Assembly: GCA_963776345.1 (NCBI GenBank)
Contig: CAVZMH010000016.1
Coordinates: 608,001 to 672,000, forward strand
Direction of reading: 5' to 3'
Length of the DNA stretch: 64,000 nt
Source of the DNA: an uncultured delta proteobacterium
GTDB lineage: Bacteria; Myxococcota; Myxococcia; Myxococcales; Myxococcaceae
Shown: one piece after another, positions 1-10,861 of the stretch
Layout of the letters: each line of letters opens with the position of its first letter
Position numbering within the stretch: the stretch's first letter is position 1
Translations under genes and position numbers: made by a program
Notes under the pieces: model-generated
Databases searched by the model: none
What the model saw: only the letters and a program-made list of their open reading frames with translations
Told to the model about the DNA's origin: nothing

Positions 1-54
1 GTGGTCGCGGCCGAGGATCGCCTCGCGGGCGAGGATCTCCCGCTTGCGGTCCAT
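1..54 (-). CDS. Possible 5' end of a gene running off the window edge (MDRKREILAREAILGRDH...)
   Basis: ATG at 54 on minus, open to the edge, GC-rich third positions; too short to identify. Confidence 0.3.
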   Translation of the reverse strand, partial: MDRKREILAREAILGRDH

Positions 55-171
55 CGGGAGATCCACCGCTTCTGACAGTGCGTCGTGCTGGGTGCGATCC
101 GTGTCGCTGGGCAAGACCTTCGCTCCCCACTGGACGCGAGTCCTCGACGCTACCTGCGCAGTGGCGGGTGG

Positions 172-1434
172 TCAAACCTGCGACGGGGGCGGGGCGACCG
201 CGACCACCGCGTCCTCGAGGATGCGCAGCCCCTCGTCCAGCTCGTCGAGGGTGACGATGTACGGGGGGGCGAACCGCACCGTCCGTTCACCGGCGAGGTT
301 GCAGAGCATCCCCCGCTCGCGGCAGCGGGTGACCACCGGTGCGGCGTCATACGACAGCTCGACACCCAGGAGCAGACCGCGGCCGCGCACGTCCTTCACC
401 AGCGCCGGGTGGCGCGCCTGCATCTCCCGCCCCCGGGCCACGACGTGTTCGCCTTTTTCGAGGTTTCCGGAGAGAACGCGCGGGTCGCTCGCCAGGCGGA
501 CGGTGGCCACGGCCGCCGCGGCCGCGACCGGGTTCCCGCCGAAGGTGCTGCCGTGGGTCCCGGGGACCAGGGCCCGCCCCGCCTCCTCGGTGCACAGCAT
601 CGCCCCGATGGGGAGGCCGTTGGCCAGACCCTTGGCGAGGCTGAAGGCGTCGGGCCGGATGCCCTCGTGCTGGAAAGCGAACATCCTTCCGGTCCGCCCC
701 ATCCCGGTCTGCACCTCGTCGACGAGCAGCAGGACGCCGGCCTCGTCCGCCAGGGCGCGCAGCGCGCGAAGGAAGCCCTCGGGGGCGCTGCGCACGCCGC
801 CCTCGCCCTGCACCGGCTCGACGAGGATGGCGGCGGTCCGGGGGCCGACCGCCCTTCGCACCGACTCGAGGTCCCCGTACGGCACGTGGACCACGCCCGG
901 GAGCAGCGGCTCGAACCCCTTCTGGTACTTGGGCTGACCGGTGGCGGTGACCGTGGCCAGGGTCCGGCCGTGGAAGCTGGTCTCGAAGCAGACGAACTCG
1001 AAGCGGCCGGGCTGCCCGCGCGCGTGCTGCGCCTTCCGCGCGAGCTTGAGGAGCGCCTCGTTGGCCTCCGCGCCCGAGTTGCAGAAGAACGCCCGGTCCA
1101 GGCCGGAGAGCGAGGTGAGCAGCTCGGCGAGGGTGACCTGCGGCTCGGTGTAGAAGACGTTGGAGGTGTGCCACAGCCGGTCGAGCTGGGCCTTGGCCGC
1201 GGCGCTGATCTCCGGGTGGCAGTGGCCGAAGGGCAAGGTGGCGATGCCGCCGAGCAGGTCGAGGTACACGTTGCCGTCCGCGTCCCACACCTTCGTCCCC
1301 TGCCCGCGCTCCAGCACGATGGGCTGCTGCTTGTAGTTTCCAAGCAAATGGGCACGGGCCCGGTCCATCACCGCGCGGTTGCGGGAGGGCAAGGGACGCT
1401 CGACGCCGGGGACGACGGACCGCGGGATGGGCAA
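172..1434 (-). CDS. argD: Acetylornithine aminotransferase (class III PLP)
   Basis: FFCNSGAEANE, SFHGRT, EPVQGEGG, DEVQTGMGRTG, LAKGLANG, HGSTFGGNP motifs. Confidence 0.9.
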   Translation of the reverse strand: MPIPRSVVPGVERPLPSRNRAVMDRARAHLLGNYKQQPIVLERGQGTKVWDADGNVYLDLLGGIATLPFGHCHPEISAAAKAQLDRLWHTSNVFYTEPQVTLAELLTSLSGLDRAFFCNSGAEANEALLKLARKAQHARGQPGRFEFVCFETSFHGRTLATVTATGQPKYQKGFEPLLPGVVHVPYGDLESVRRAVGPRTAAILVEPVQGEGGVRSAPEGFLRALRALADEAGVLLLVDEVQTGMGRTGRMFAFQHEGIRPDAFSLAKGLANGLPIGAMLCTEEAGRALVPGTHGSTFGGNPVAAAAAVATVRLASDPRVLSGNLEKGEHVVARGREMQARHPALVKDVRGRGLLLGVELSYDAAPVVTRCRERGMLCNLAGERTVRFAPPYIVTLDELDEGLRILEDAVVAVAPPPSQV

Positions 1435-1461
1435 GGGAGGGTCCTCTGGGCGAGGGAAGGA

Positions 1462-2850
<1,389 letters not shown>

Positions 2851-2853
2851 CGC

Positions 2854-3381
2854 TCAGAGCTCCTCGAAGGAGAGGTTCCGGTTGGTGTAGATGCAGGTGT
2901 CGGCGGCGATGCCGAGCGAGACCTCGGCGATCTGCCGGGCCGAGAGCGTCGAGTGCTCGAGCAGCGCCCGGGCCGCGGCGAGCGCGTACGGCCCGCCCGA
3001 GCCCACCGCGGCGGCGCCGAAGTCGGGCTCGATGACGTCCCCTGCCCCGCTGAGGACGAAGGTGCGCTCCACGTCGGCGACGACCAGCAGCGCCTCGAGC
3101 CGGCGGAGGAACCGGTCGGTCCGCCAGTCCTTCCCCAGCTCCACGCAGGCCCGGGCGAGGTTCGCCTTGTATTCTTGAAGCTTCGACTCGAAGCGCTCGA
3201 AGAGGGTGAAGGCGTCGGAGGTGCTCCCGGCGAAGCCCGCCAGGACCCGGCCGTCACCGAGCCGGCGCACCTTGCGGGCGCTGGCCTTCATCACCGTCTT
3301 GTCGAGGGTCACCTGGCCGTCGCCGCCGAGCACCACCCGGCCGTCGCGGCGAACGCAGAGAATGGTCGTTCCGTGGAACAT
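2854..3381 (-). CDS. hslV: ATP-dependent protease peptidase subunit HslV
   Basis: N-terminal HGTTIL nucleophile, GDGQVT, GFAGS, GSGGPYA; adjacent to hslU. Confidence 0.97.
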   Translation of the reverse strand: MFHGTTILCVRRDGRVVLGGDGQVTLDKTVMKASARKVRRLGDGRVLAGFAGSTSDAFTLFERFESKLQEYKANLARACVELGKDWRTDRFLRRLEALLVVADVERTFVLSGAGDVIEPDFGAAAVGSGGPYALAAARALLEHSTLSARQIAEVSLGIAADTCIYTNRNLSFEEL

Positions 3382-3442
3382 CGCGTGGTTGCCTCGGCCA
3401 TCTAACAGGCGGAAGGCGGCGGTTCCATCCTGTACAGAGGGT

Positions 3443-3493
3443 CGCTCAGCCCGGGGGGGAGAGAGGCGGCAGCCCGGGTGGGAGGGCTGAGCG
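3443..3493. repeat. Intergenic inverted repeat (cgctcagccc ... gggctgagcg)
   Basis: 10-bp perfect arms at 3443-3452 and 3484-3493 between xerC and hslV. Confidence 0.5.
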
Positions 3494-3519
3494 GCGCCCT
3501 GGTCGCGGCCCGTTTCTCG

Positions 3520-4413
3520 TCAGGCGTGCGGATGCGCCCGGTCGTACACCGCCTGGAGCTGCTCGATGCTCACCTGGGTGTAGCGCTGGGTCGTGGAGAG
3601 GCTCGCGTGCCCCAGGAGCTCCTGGATGCAGCGCACGTCCGCTCCCCCGGCCAGCAGGTGGGTGGCGAACGAGTGCCGGAGCGCGTGCGGGCTCACCCTT
3701 CGCTGCAGCGCGAGCTGGAGGACCGTCCGGTCCAGGTGGCGGGCGACGCTGCGGGTGGTGAGCCGGCCGCCCCGGTGGTTGAGGAAGAGCGCCGCCAGGT
3801 CCTGGCCGCTGGCCGGACGCGCCAGGAGCTCGCCCCGCCGCTCGAGCCAGCGCCGGAGCGCGGCGACGCACCCCGGGTTCATCGGGCAGAGCCGCTCCTT
3901 CCGGCCCTTGCCGAGGACGCGGACGGAGCGGGCGCGCAGGTCGAGGTCGTCGACGTCCAGCCCGCACGCCTCGCTCACCCGGAGCCCGGAGCCGTAGAGC
4001 AGCTCGAACAGCGCCCGGTCGCGGAGCCCGAGCGGCCCGTCCTTTCCGGGAACGGCGAGCACCGCGAACACTTCGTCGACCGGGAGCACGTGCGGCAATC
4101 GCGTCGGGAGCTTGGGGCTCCGGACGGTGCGGGCGGGGTTCGACGGCACCCGGCCGGTGGCGACCAGGTGCCGGTACAGGGCGCGGACCGAGGCGAGCGC
4201 GCGGGCGCGGCTCCGCGGCGCGTGGTCGACGGCCAGCGTCCCGAGCCAGCCGCGGATGGTGCCATGGTCGGCGGTCGCCAGGTCGCGGCCCGCTCCCTCG
4301 AGGTAGCGGGCGAAGGCGCGCACGTCGGTGAGGTAGGCCTTCACCGTGTGCGGCGAGCTGCCGCGGGTGTGGGCCAGCGTCTCCTCGAAGTCGACGATCC
4401 AGGCCTGCTGCAT
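3520..4413 (-). CDS. xerC: Tyrosine recombinase XerC
   Basis: LYGSGLRVSE, GKGRKER, HALRHSFATHLL, LLGHASLSTTQRYT; xerC-hslVU context; start set to ATG 4413. Confidence 0.9.
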   Translation of the reverse strand: MQQAWIVDFEETLAHTRGSSPHTVKAYLTDVRAFARYLEGAGRDLATADHGTIRGWLGTLAVDHAPRSRARALASVRALYRHLVATGRVPSNPARTVRSPKLPTRLPHVLPVDEVFAVLAVPGKDGPLGLRDRALFELLYGSGLRVSEACGLDVDDLDLRARSVRVLGKGRKERLCPMNPGCVAALRRWLERRGELLARPASGQDLAALFLNHRGGRLTTRSVARHLDRTVLQLALQRRVSPHALRHSFATHLLAGGADVRCIQELLGHASLSTTQRYTQVSIEQLQAVYDRAHPHA

Positions 4414-4555
4414 CGGTTCCTGGAGCCTAGGACCCTGGCCCCGGGGGGGCGAGATTCCGGCCCGAGCCGAGGGGTGAGCAGGCGATGACGTCTTCTGGCC
4501 GTTTCCCACGCATGGACCGACGGGGCTCCCCCAATCTTCCTTCTCCGAGGTCACG

Positions 4556-5497
4556 ATGCGCGCTCGTTTCCTGAATTTCCTGGCCCTCGTCCTTCTCGCC
4601 GCCTGCGGTGGGAGCGGCCCCAACGGCCCGGGAGGCGGCGGTTCGGGATTCACCGCGAGGATCGACGGCCAGAGCTGGCAGGCGGACGCCCTCGGCGCCT
4701 CCGCGGCGGCGGTCCCGGGTGTGCCCGGCGGGCTGGTGATCGTCGGTTCACAGACCACGGGAGGGGTCACCCGGGGGCTGACGATCAGCCTGTACAACGT
4801 CTCCGGGCCCGGGACGTACGCCCTCGGGGTGAGCAACGACGTCTTCGGCGGGACCGGCTCGGTTGGCGAGGGCTCGGGGTCCGGTGGCAACGCGCAGACC
4901 TGGATCACCGACAACACCGGGAGCGCAGGGACGATCACCTTGACCACGCTGTCAGGCGGCCGGATCGCAGGGACGTTCTCCTATGTCGCGAGTCCGGGGC
5001 ACACCAACACCGTGGGCGGCACCCGCACCGTGACCGACGGGAGCCTGGACCTGGCGCTCACCGGCAACCTCGTCTCCGTCCCGGCGAACGTCGGGAGCAA
5101 GCTGAGCGCCCAGCTGGGAAGCCAGGCTTACAACGCCTCCACGGTCACCGCGGCGGCGCACGACCCGCTGGGAGGCGCGGGGATGCAGATCAGCAGCGTG
5201 AACAAGGACCACGGAGTGTCCTTCACCTTGAGCGGGGTGAGCGCTCCCGGGACCTACGCCCTGAGCAACACCGGGACCGCCCGCCTCCTCAGCGCCGGTC
5301 ACAACGGCGGGGACGCAAACCACTGCTGCTGGGGAGGCGGCAACACCGGCGCGGACGTGGGCTCGATCACCATCACCAGCCTCACCGCCGACCGGGTGAA
5401 GGGCACGTTCAGCGCCACCCTGCAGCCGGTGCCGGGCAAGCCGGCCACCACGCCGCTGACGGTCGCGAGCGGAAGCTTCGACGTCGGGTTCCAGTGA
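4556..5497 (+). CDS. Gly/Ser/Thr-rich beta-strand lipoprotein with two internally similar domains
   Basis: Lipobox LLAAC; repeated pattern TYAL...G(T/S)IT(L/I)T(T/S)L...R(I/V)xGTFS...TVxxGSxD. Confidence 0.75.
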   Translation: MRARFLNFLALVLLAACGGSGPNGPGGGGSGFTARIDGQSWQADALGASAAAVPGVPGGLVIVGSQTTGGVTRGLTISLYNVSGPGTYALGVSNDVFGGTGSVGEGSGSGGNAQTWITDNTGSAGTITLTTLSGGRIAGTFSYVASPGHTNTVGGTRTVTDGSLDLALTGNLVSVPANVGSKLSAQLGSQAYNASTVTAAAHDPLGGAGMQISSVNKDHGVSFTLSGVSAPGTYALSNTGTARLLSAGHNGGDANHCCWGGGNTGADVGSITITSLTADRVKGTFSATLQPVPGKPATTPLTVASGSFDVGFQ

Positions 5498-5522
5498 GCG
5501 CCCCCCGGAGCCCGACTTCGAC

Positions 5523-7100
5523 TCAGGGGACCTGCTCGCAGACGTAAAACCCGGAGCGCTCCCCCTGGGAGACGAGGTAGACGACCTTGTTCCCGGCCGG
5601 GTCGGCGAAGAGCGCCGGGAGGAGAATGCGCTCCTCCAGCGTGACCCGGACGCTGGTCTTAAGGTTCATGACGGCGACGTCGTACGTCTCGGCATCGCTC
5701 CGGGCGTAGGTGACGAGCATCCGGTTGCCGGCCTCGCTGGGGCGGAACCCAAAGATGCCCTCGAGGATGGGCGTGGGCTTGCCGTCGGGGATGCTCGGAT
5801 CGTGCCGTTCCAGGGTGCAGGCCCGGGCCTCGCGGATGCACTCGGACCGGAGATAGAGCGCGCCGCCCGGGCCGAAGTCGTAGCCGTAGACGTTGGCCAT
5901 GACCGCCGAGGCGGACGGCTTCCCCCGCGCATACAGCCACAGGTCCACCGAGGGCAGGGGCTGGAACACGCGCAGGTTGAAGGCCAGGTACTTGTTGTCC
6001 GGGCTCCAGACCCAGGTCGTTACCCGCTTGCCGAGCTCGACCGGTGCACCGTCGGGGAGCGGGGCATAAGTGAGCCGGCCCCACTTCTGCTGCTCGTCGT
6101 AGTTGGCCAGCGCGGCGACCGCCTTCCCGTCCGGGGCGAAGGAGAAGTCGCCCACCCGTTCGGCGACCTTCCGCGCGGTGCCTCCCGTCGCGGGGCCGAC
6201 CACCAGGTTGCCGATGGACGAGGCCTTCTCCCGCTCGATGCGGGCGAGCATCGCGCCGTCGGGGGAGAAGGCGAAGGGCCCGGTGCCGGTCACCACGCGG
6301 GTGGGCTTGCCGTCGGGGAGCGGGGCAACCCAGAGGTCTCGTCCGTCCTTGACCACCGTGCTCTTCACCGCGAAGGCGACGCGCTTGCCGTCCGGGGCGA
6401 GCGTCCAGTCGCCCACCGAGTCGCCGAGCCGGACCGCGGGTCGGTTGCCGTCGACCGGGACGCGTTCGAGCGTACCGCTCGCCGACGTCCGGTGGTGCAC
6501 CAGGAGGAGCGCGCCATCGGGGGTGAACTGGGCGGTGGAGACGTCGCTGGCCACGGCGCGCGCGGTGCTGCCGGCCTCTAGCGTCGCCAGCCGGAGCACG
6601 CCGCCGTCGACGAAGGCGAAGGCGCTCCCGGTGGGGCTCACGGTCACGAACGAGACCGCGCGGCCCCGGGTCTCGGGCTCGCCCGCGGAGCCGAGCTGGA
6701 AGGTGTGCAGGGTCCCGGACTCGGCCGCCGCGTTGTACCCGTCGACGAAGAAGAGCCATCTCGAGTCGGGGCTGAAGAGCACGCTGCCCGGGCGGTTGGA
6801 GACGCCCTGGCCCACGAAGCGGACCACGCCGTCCTTCAGCGAGGCGACGCCGAGCTCGCCGAGCGCCATCAGGGGCGACACGCCCTGGATGGCGGGCCGC
6901 TTCGGGTTGCGGAGGAAGGTCGCCCAGGCGCCGTCCTTGGTGAGCTTGAGATCCGCCACCGGCCCTCCCGCGAGCCGCTTGCCGAGGCCGCCGACCAGGG
7001 GCTTCTCCTCCGGCGCAGGCGCTCCGCCGCCCTTGCTGCAGCCCGCGACGGCACAGGCCAGCAGGACGGGCCCGAGGATGCTCCGCGCGCGCGCCGTCAC
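5523..7100 (-). CDS. aglU: TolB/WD40-like beta-propeller lipoprotein, probable AglU orthologue
   Basis: Lipobox VAGC; many FSPDG/FAPDG/WSPD blades; GTG overlaps trmFO stop (GTGA); as recalled, aglU follows gid in M. xanthus. Confidence 0.7.
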   Translation of the reverse strand: MTARARSILGPVLLACAVAGCSKGGGAPAPEEKPLVGGLGKRLAGGPVADLKLTKDGAWATFLRNPKRPAIQGVSPLMALGELGVASLKDGVVRFVGQGVSNRPGSVLFSPDSRWLFFVDGYNAAAESGTLHTFQLGSAGEPETRGRAVSFVTVSPTGSAFAFVDGGVLRLATLEAGSTARAVASDVSTAQFTPDGALLLVHHRTSASGTLERVPVDGNRPAVRLGDSVGDWTLAPDGKRVAFAVKSTVVKDGRDLWVAPLPDGKPTRVVTGTGPFAFSPDGAMLARIEREKASSIGNLVVGPATGGTARKVAERVGDFSFAPDGKAVAALANYDEQQKWGRLTYAPLPDGAPVELGKRVTTWVWSPDNKYLAFNLRVFQPLPSVDLWLYARGKPSASAVMANVYGYDFGPGGALYLRSECIREARACTLERHDPSIPDGKPTPILEGIFGFRPSEAGNRMLVTYARSDAETYDVAVMNLKTSVRVTLEERILLPALFADPAGNKVVYLVSQGERSGFYVCEQVP

Positions 7101-8464
7101 CGGGCCACCCCCGCCGCGGCAAGGCCATCCGCGGATTCCCCCGTCCAGGACGAGGGATCGGTGAGCTCGATCCACGAGGAGAGAGCGGCGCGGGCGCGCG
7201 ACGCGTGGGCCTCGCGGCGTACGGACTTCGGGACCCGGCCGGGCAGCGGCGGGAAGAGGCCGAAGGTCACGTTCGAGGGCTGGTACTCGGTCCCCGGCGG
7301 GTGCGCCGCCCCGGTCACGTGCCGGTAGAGCGCCCCGAGCGCCGTCTCCGCCGGCGGCGGCATGAAGGCCCGCCCGTGCCGGCGCGCCGCCACCGAGAGG
7401 GCCACGAGGTACCCGGACGCCGCCGACTCCACGTAGCCCTCCACCCCGGAGATCTGCCCGGCGAACCACACCCGCGGCTCGGCCCGGAGCGACAGGTCGG
7501 TCCCCAGCAGCCGGGGCCCGTCGATGAACGTGTTCCGGTGAATCTGCCCCATCCGCAGGAACTCCGCGTTCGCGAGCCCCGGCAGCGTCCGGAACACCCG
7601 CCGCTGCTCGGGCCAGGTCAGCCGCGTCTGGAAGCCGACGAGGTTGTACGCCGTCCCGCCCAGGTCCTCCTGCCGCAGCTGCACCACCGCGTACGGGCGC
7701 CGCCCCGTCCGAGGATCCACCAGGCCCACCGGCTTCATCGGCCCGTGCGCCAGCGTCTCCTCCCCCCGCTCCGCCATCACCTCGATGGGCAGGCAGCCCT
7801 CGAAGTACCGCGCCTCCTCGAAGGCATGCGGCACCACCTTCTCCGCCGAGAGGAGCGCCGCGACGAACGCCCGGTACCCGGCCTCGTCCAGCGGGAGGTT
7901 CAGGTAGTCCGCCCCGTCGCCCCGGCCCCAGCGGCTGGCCCGGAACGCCACGCCCTCGTCCACCGAGTCGGCGGCGACGATGGGGGCGATCGAGTCGTAG
8001 AAGTAGAGCTTGTCCCCGGTCCAGCGGGAGAGCGCGCGGGTGAGCGCCTCGGAGGTCAACGGTCCGGTGGCCACCACCACGTCGCCCGCCGGCAGGGCCT
8101 CCACCTCCCCCACCACCCGCTCCAGCCCCGGCGCCGCGGCGAGCGCCCGCTCCACCCCGGCCGAGAAGCGCTCCCGGTCCACCGCCAGGGCCTCGCCGGC
8201 AGGCACCCGGGATCGGTCCGCCTCGCCCAGGATGACCGACCCGAGCCGCCGGAGCTCGGCGTGGAGCAGCCCGATGGGCGTGTCCGGACTGTCCGACCGG
8301 AGGCTGTTGCTGCACACCAGCTCGGCCGGCGCGTCGGTCCGGTGGGCCGGACTCCGGCGCACCGGCTTCATCTCGCACAGGCGGACGGGGATGCCTCGCC
8401 GCGCGAGCTGCAGCGCGCACTCGCTCCCGGCGAGCCCCGCGCCGATGACCGTGACCGATTCCAT
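7097..8464 (-). CDS. trmFO: Folate/FAD-dependent tRNA (uracil-5)-methyltransferase TrmFO (Gid)
   Basis: [63 protein letters not shown]. Confidence 0.95.
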   Translation of the reverse strand: MESVTVIGAGLAGSECALQLARRGIPVRLCEMKPVRRSPAHRTDAPAELVCSNSLRSDSPDTPIGLLHAELRRLGSVILGEADRSRVPAGEALAVDRERFSAGVERALAAAPGLERVVGEVEALPAGDVVVATGPLTSEALTRALSRWTGDKLYFYDSIAPIVAADSVDEGVAFRASRWGRGDGADYLNLPLDEAGYRAFVAALLSAEKVVPHAFEEARYFEGCLPIEVMAERGEETLAHGPMKPVGLVDPRTGRRPYAVVQLRQEDLGGTAYNLVGFQTRLTWPEQRRVFRTLPGLANAEFLRMGQIHRNTFIDGPRLLGTDLSLRAEPRVWFAGQISGVEGYVESAASGYLVALSVAARRHGRAFMPPPAETALGALYRHVTGAAHPPGTEYQPSNVTFGLFPPLPGRVPKSVRREAHASRARAALSSWIELTDPSSWTGESADGLAAAGVAR

Positions 8465-8514
8465 GCTGCTCTCCTGGCCCAAAGGGGGCCCGGCTGCAAC
8501 ACGAGAAGCAAGAG

Positions 8515-9105
8515 CTAACCTTCGCCGCCCTCGCCCTTCTGGAGCACCACGAAGCGGTAGTTCTCCAGCTCGGCCTGGCCGGCCGTGTAGAGCACGGTGA
8601 GGAGCAGGTCGTAGGGGATCTTCCGGTCGCCGATGACCGACAGCTCCCGGCTGAACGGCGCGGAGGGGTTGCGCGAGGCGATGAGCTTCAGCTTGTCCAC
8701 CTCGCGCCGCAGCGCCTGGTCCAGCGGCTTCACCAGCCGACCGTCGAGCATCCCGACCGGGATCTGCCCGTTCTCCAGCACCACCACGACCCTGTCCCCC
8801 ACCAGGATGTCCCTGGGGGTGATGGTGACCGCCACCGTGTCCTTGGGCACCGCCCGGGTGCTGGAGATGGGCGGCTTCACCTCTTCGCTCTGGGTGAGCG
8901 AGATGGCCGAGGCCGCGTAGGACTTGAGGAGGAACACCAGGATGATGGTCATCATGTCCATCATCGCGGTGATGTTGAGCTCGTGAATCTCGCCGGCGGC
9001 GTCGCGCTCCTTCCGCCTCTTGCGCGCCAGCGCCTTGCGGAACATCAGCCGCTGCAGCGTCTCCTCGTCCAGCTCCGGAGATCTGGAAGCCGGGGCGGCC
9101 ATCAC
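8515..9105 (-). CDS. ExbD/TolR-family protein (AglQ/AglS-like)
   Basis: TM segment [18 protein letters not shown] with conserved Asp; periplasmic IGDRKIPY. Confidence 0.85.
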   Translation of the reverse strand: MMAAPASRSPELDEETLQRLMFRKALARKRRKERDAAGEIHELNITAMMDMMTIILVFLLKSYAASAISLTQSEEVKPPISSTRAVPKDTVAVTITPRDILVGDRVVVVLENGQIPVGMLDGRLVKPLDQALRREVDKLKLIASRNPSAPFSRELSVIGDRKIPYDLLLTVLYTAGQAELENYRFVVLQKGEGGEG

Positions 9106-9641
9106 ATCGCTCCCAGGGTGACGTCGGTGAAGAGCAGCTTGCGGTCGCGGCCCGGCGTCTCGCGGATCGCGTCCATGGTCGAAACCAGGACCTCGTAGGA
9201 GATGTCGCCTTCGGCCCCGACGATGACCTTCGACTCGGAGGGGAACTCCTTCTTCACGTTCACCATCGACTCGGTGAGCGCCGTGTAGTCGTAGCTGCCG
9301 TCGGTCTTCTTGGGGATGCTGGGCGGCGCCTCCGCCGGGTTCGGCTGGGACTGCTGCTGGCCGACCACGCCGCCCGTCGCCGCGACGTAGAAGCCCTTCT
9401 TGGAGATGAGCACGGTCAGGAGGAGCTTCGGCTTGTCCCCCTCCTCGGTCACCTGGGTGCTCGGGCCGCCGTAGTTGGGCGCGTTCACGTTCAGGATGCC
9501 GAACGCCGACAGGCCGGTGATCGACAGGAGCATGAACATGATCAGGTTCATGAGGATGTCGAGGTAGGGGACGATGTTGAGCCCCTCGGCCTCCTCCCGC
9601 TCACGGACCCGGAGCTTTCGCTTGCTGTAGAAGAAGGCCAT
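9102..9641 (-). CDS. ExbD/TolR-family protein
   Basis: [18 protein letters not shown] with Asp; [18 protein letters not shown]; start set to ATG 9641. Confidence 0.85.
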   Translation of the reverse strand: MAFFYSKRKLRVREREEAEGLNIVPYLDILMNLIMFMLLSITGLSAFGILNVNAPNYGGPSTQVTEEGDKPKLLLTVLISKKGFYVAATGGVVGQQQSQPNPAEAPPSIPKKTDGSYDYTALTESMVNVKKEFPSESKVIVGAEGDISYEVLVSTMDAIRETPGRDRKLLFTDVTLGAM

Positions 9642-9664
9642 GGGCGCGCGCTGCCGCGGCTCCT

Positions 9665-10396
9665 CTACGCCGAGCGCTCGAAGTCCATCGCCGAGGTCTC
9701 GCCCGCCGCGCGACGCGAGAGGAGGTTTTCCAGCTTCAGCGCGCTGAGCTCGACCGTCTCCACCATCCTCTTGGCGTACGCGGTCAGGAAGAGATGGGCG
9801 ACGATACAGGACACCGCGATGCCCAGGCCGAAGGCGGTGTTGTTCATCGCCTCCGAGATGCCGTTGGAGAGGATGGCCTGCTTCTGGTCCGCGGGCACGT
9901 TGCCCAGCGACTGGAAGGTGATGATCAGACCGCTGATGGTGCCGAGGAGGCCCACCAGGGTCGCGATGTTGGCGAGCGACCAGAGCCAGGGGATGCGCGA
10001 CTGGATGGGCGGGGTGTACTCGAGGATGGCCTCCTCGACGCTCTTGGCCACCTCCATCTCGCCGCGGTTCGCCCGGGTGAGGCCGGCGCGGATGACCCGG
10101 GCCAGGGGCGAGTTCGGCGCCGCGCCGCAGAGCTTCACCGCGCGGTCCACGTTGCCGGTGAGCACCAGCTTCGTCACCTGCTCCATGAACGGCTCGGCGT
10201 TCAGGTTGTAGCGGAACATCAGCGTGACGACGCGCTCGACCACCACCGCGATCGCGCACGCCATCCAGAAGATGTTCACGTACATGAACGGGCCACCCTC
10301 CTTGAAAAACCGAACGATCGAGTCGGCGGCCCCGCCCTTCGCGGCAGGCGCGGCAGCCAGCACGAGCTCGACCAGGTGGCTCATCGACGTGCTCAT
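9665..10396 (-). CDS. MotA/TolQ/ExbB proton channel protein (AglR-like)
   Basis: EGGPFMY, ATLVGLLGTISGLI, GISEAMNNTAFGL. Confidence 0.9.
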   Translation of the reverse strand: MSTSMSHLVELVLAAAPAAKGGAADSIVRFFKEGGPFMYVNIFWMACAIAVVVERVVTLMFRYNLNAEPFMEQVTKLVLTGNVDRAVKLCGAAPNSPLARVIRAGLTRANRGEMEVAKSVEEAILEYTPPIQSRIPWLWSLANIATLVGLLGTISGLIITFQSLGNVPADQKQAILSNGISEAMNNTAFGLGIAVSCIVAHLFLTAYAKRMVETVELSALKLENLLSRRAAGETSAMDFERSA

Positions 10397-10532
10397 GGAC
10401 GGGTGAATCCTTTCCGGTGCGCCTGCTCCATCGGGCCGGCGCGTTCAGTCTGCTGCAGAAGGGGGCGGCCCCGGGAGGACGAGCGGCAAACGGGGGCGCA
10501 GGAAGGGGTGCTTCACGGAAGACGCGAGGAAC

Positions 10533-10562
10533 ATCGTCCCTTTGCGCCCCCCGGGGTGTCAA
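10533..10562 (-). promoter_or_regulatory. Putative sigma70 promoter for the exbB-exbD-exbD operon
   Basis: TTGACA-N18-GACGAT on minus strand. Confidence 0.45.
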
Positions 10563-10665
10563 GAACGGCACCGGACGGAGGAGCGCCACCCGAGCTCGAT
10601 CGCGACGGCGCGGGCCGGTGCGGCGGTTGTCCCACCGGCTCGCAGATCCGCTGACCTGCCGCTCC

Positions 10666-10861
10666 GGCTCAGTCCCCCGCACCAGGGGGACGCCTGCGGA
10701 GCCGGCGCAGGAGCGCCGGCGACGATCGGGCTCAGCCCCCCGCACCAGGGGGACGCCTGCGGAGCCGGCGCAGGAGCGCCGGCGACGATCGGGCTCAGCC
10801 CCCCGCACCAGGGGGACGCCCGCGGAGCCGGCGCAGGAGCGCCGGCGACGATCGGGCTCAG
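10666..10861. repeat. Tandem repeat of 3 x 63 bp plus a partial unit, with internal hairpins (REP-like)
   Basis: accaggggga recurs at 10681, 10744 and 10807; units nearly identical with no variable spacer. Confidence 0.9.

Noticed and set aside
3520..4413. Phage or island integrase
   Set aside because: Size, motifs and xerC-hslVU context indicate housekeeping XerC; no att site, tRNA or cargo
5523..8420. 965-aa ORF or trmFO-aglU fusion
   Set aside because: The upstream part is an alternative frame of trmFO; the signal peptide starts at GTG 7100
10666..10861. CRISPR array
   Set aside because: The 63-bp units are identical end to end with no unique spacers, and there are no cas genes
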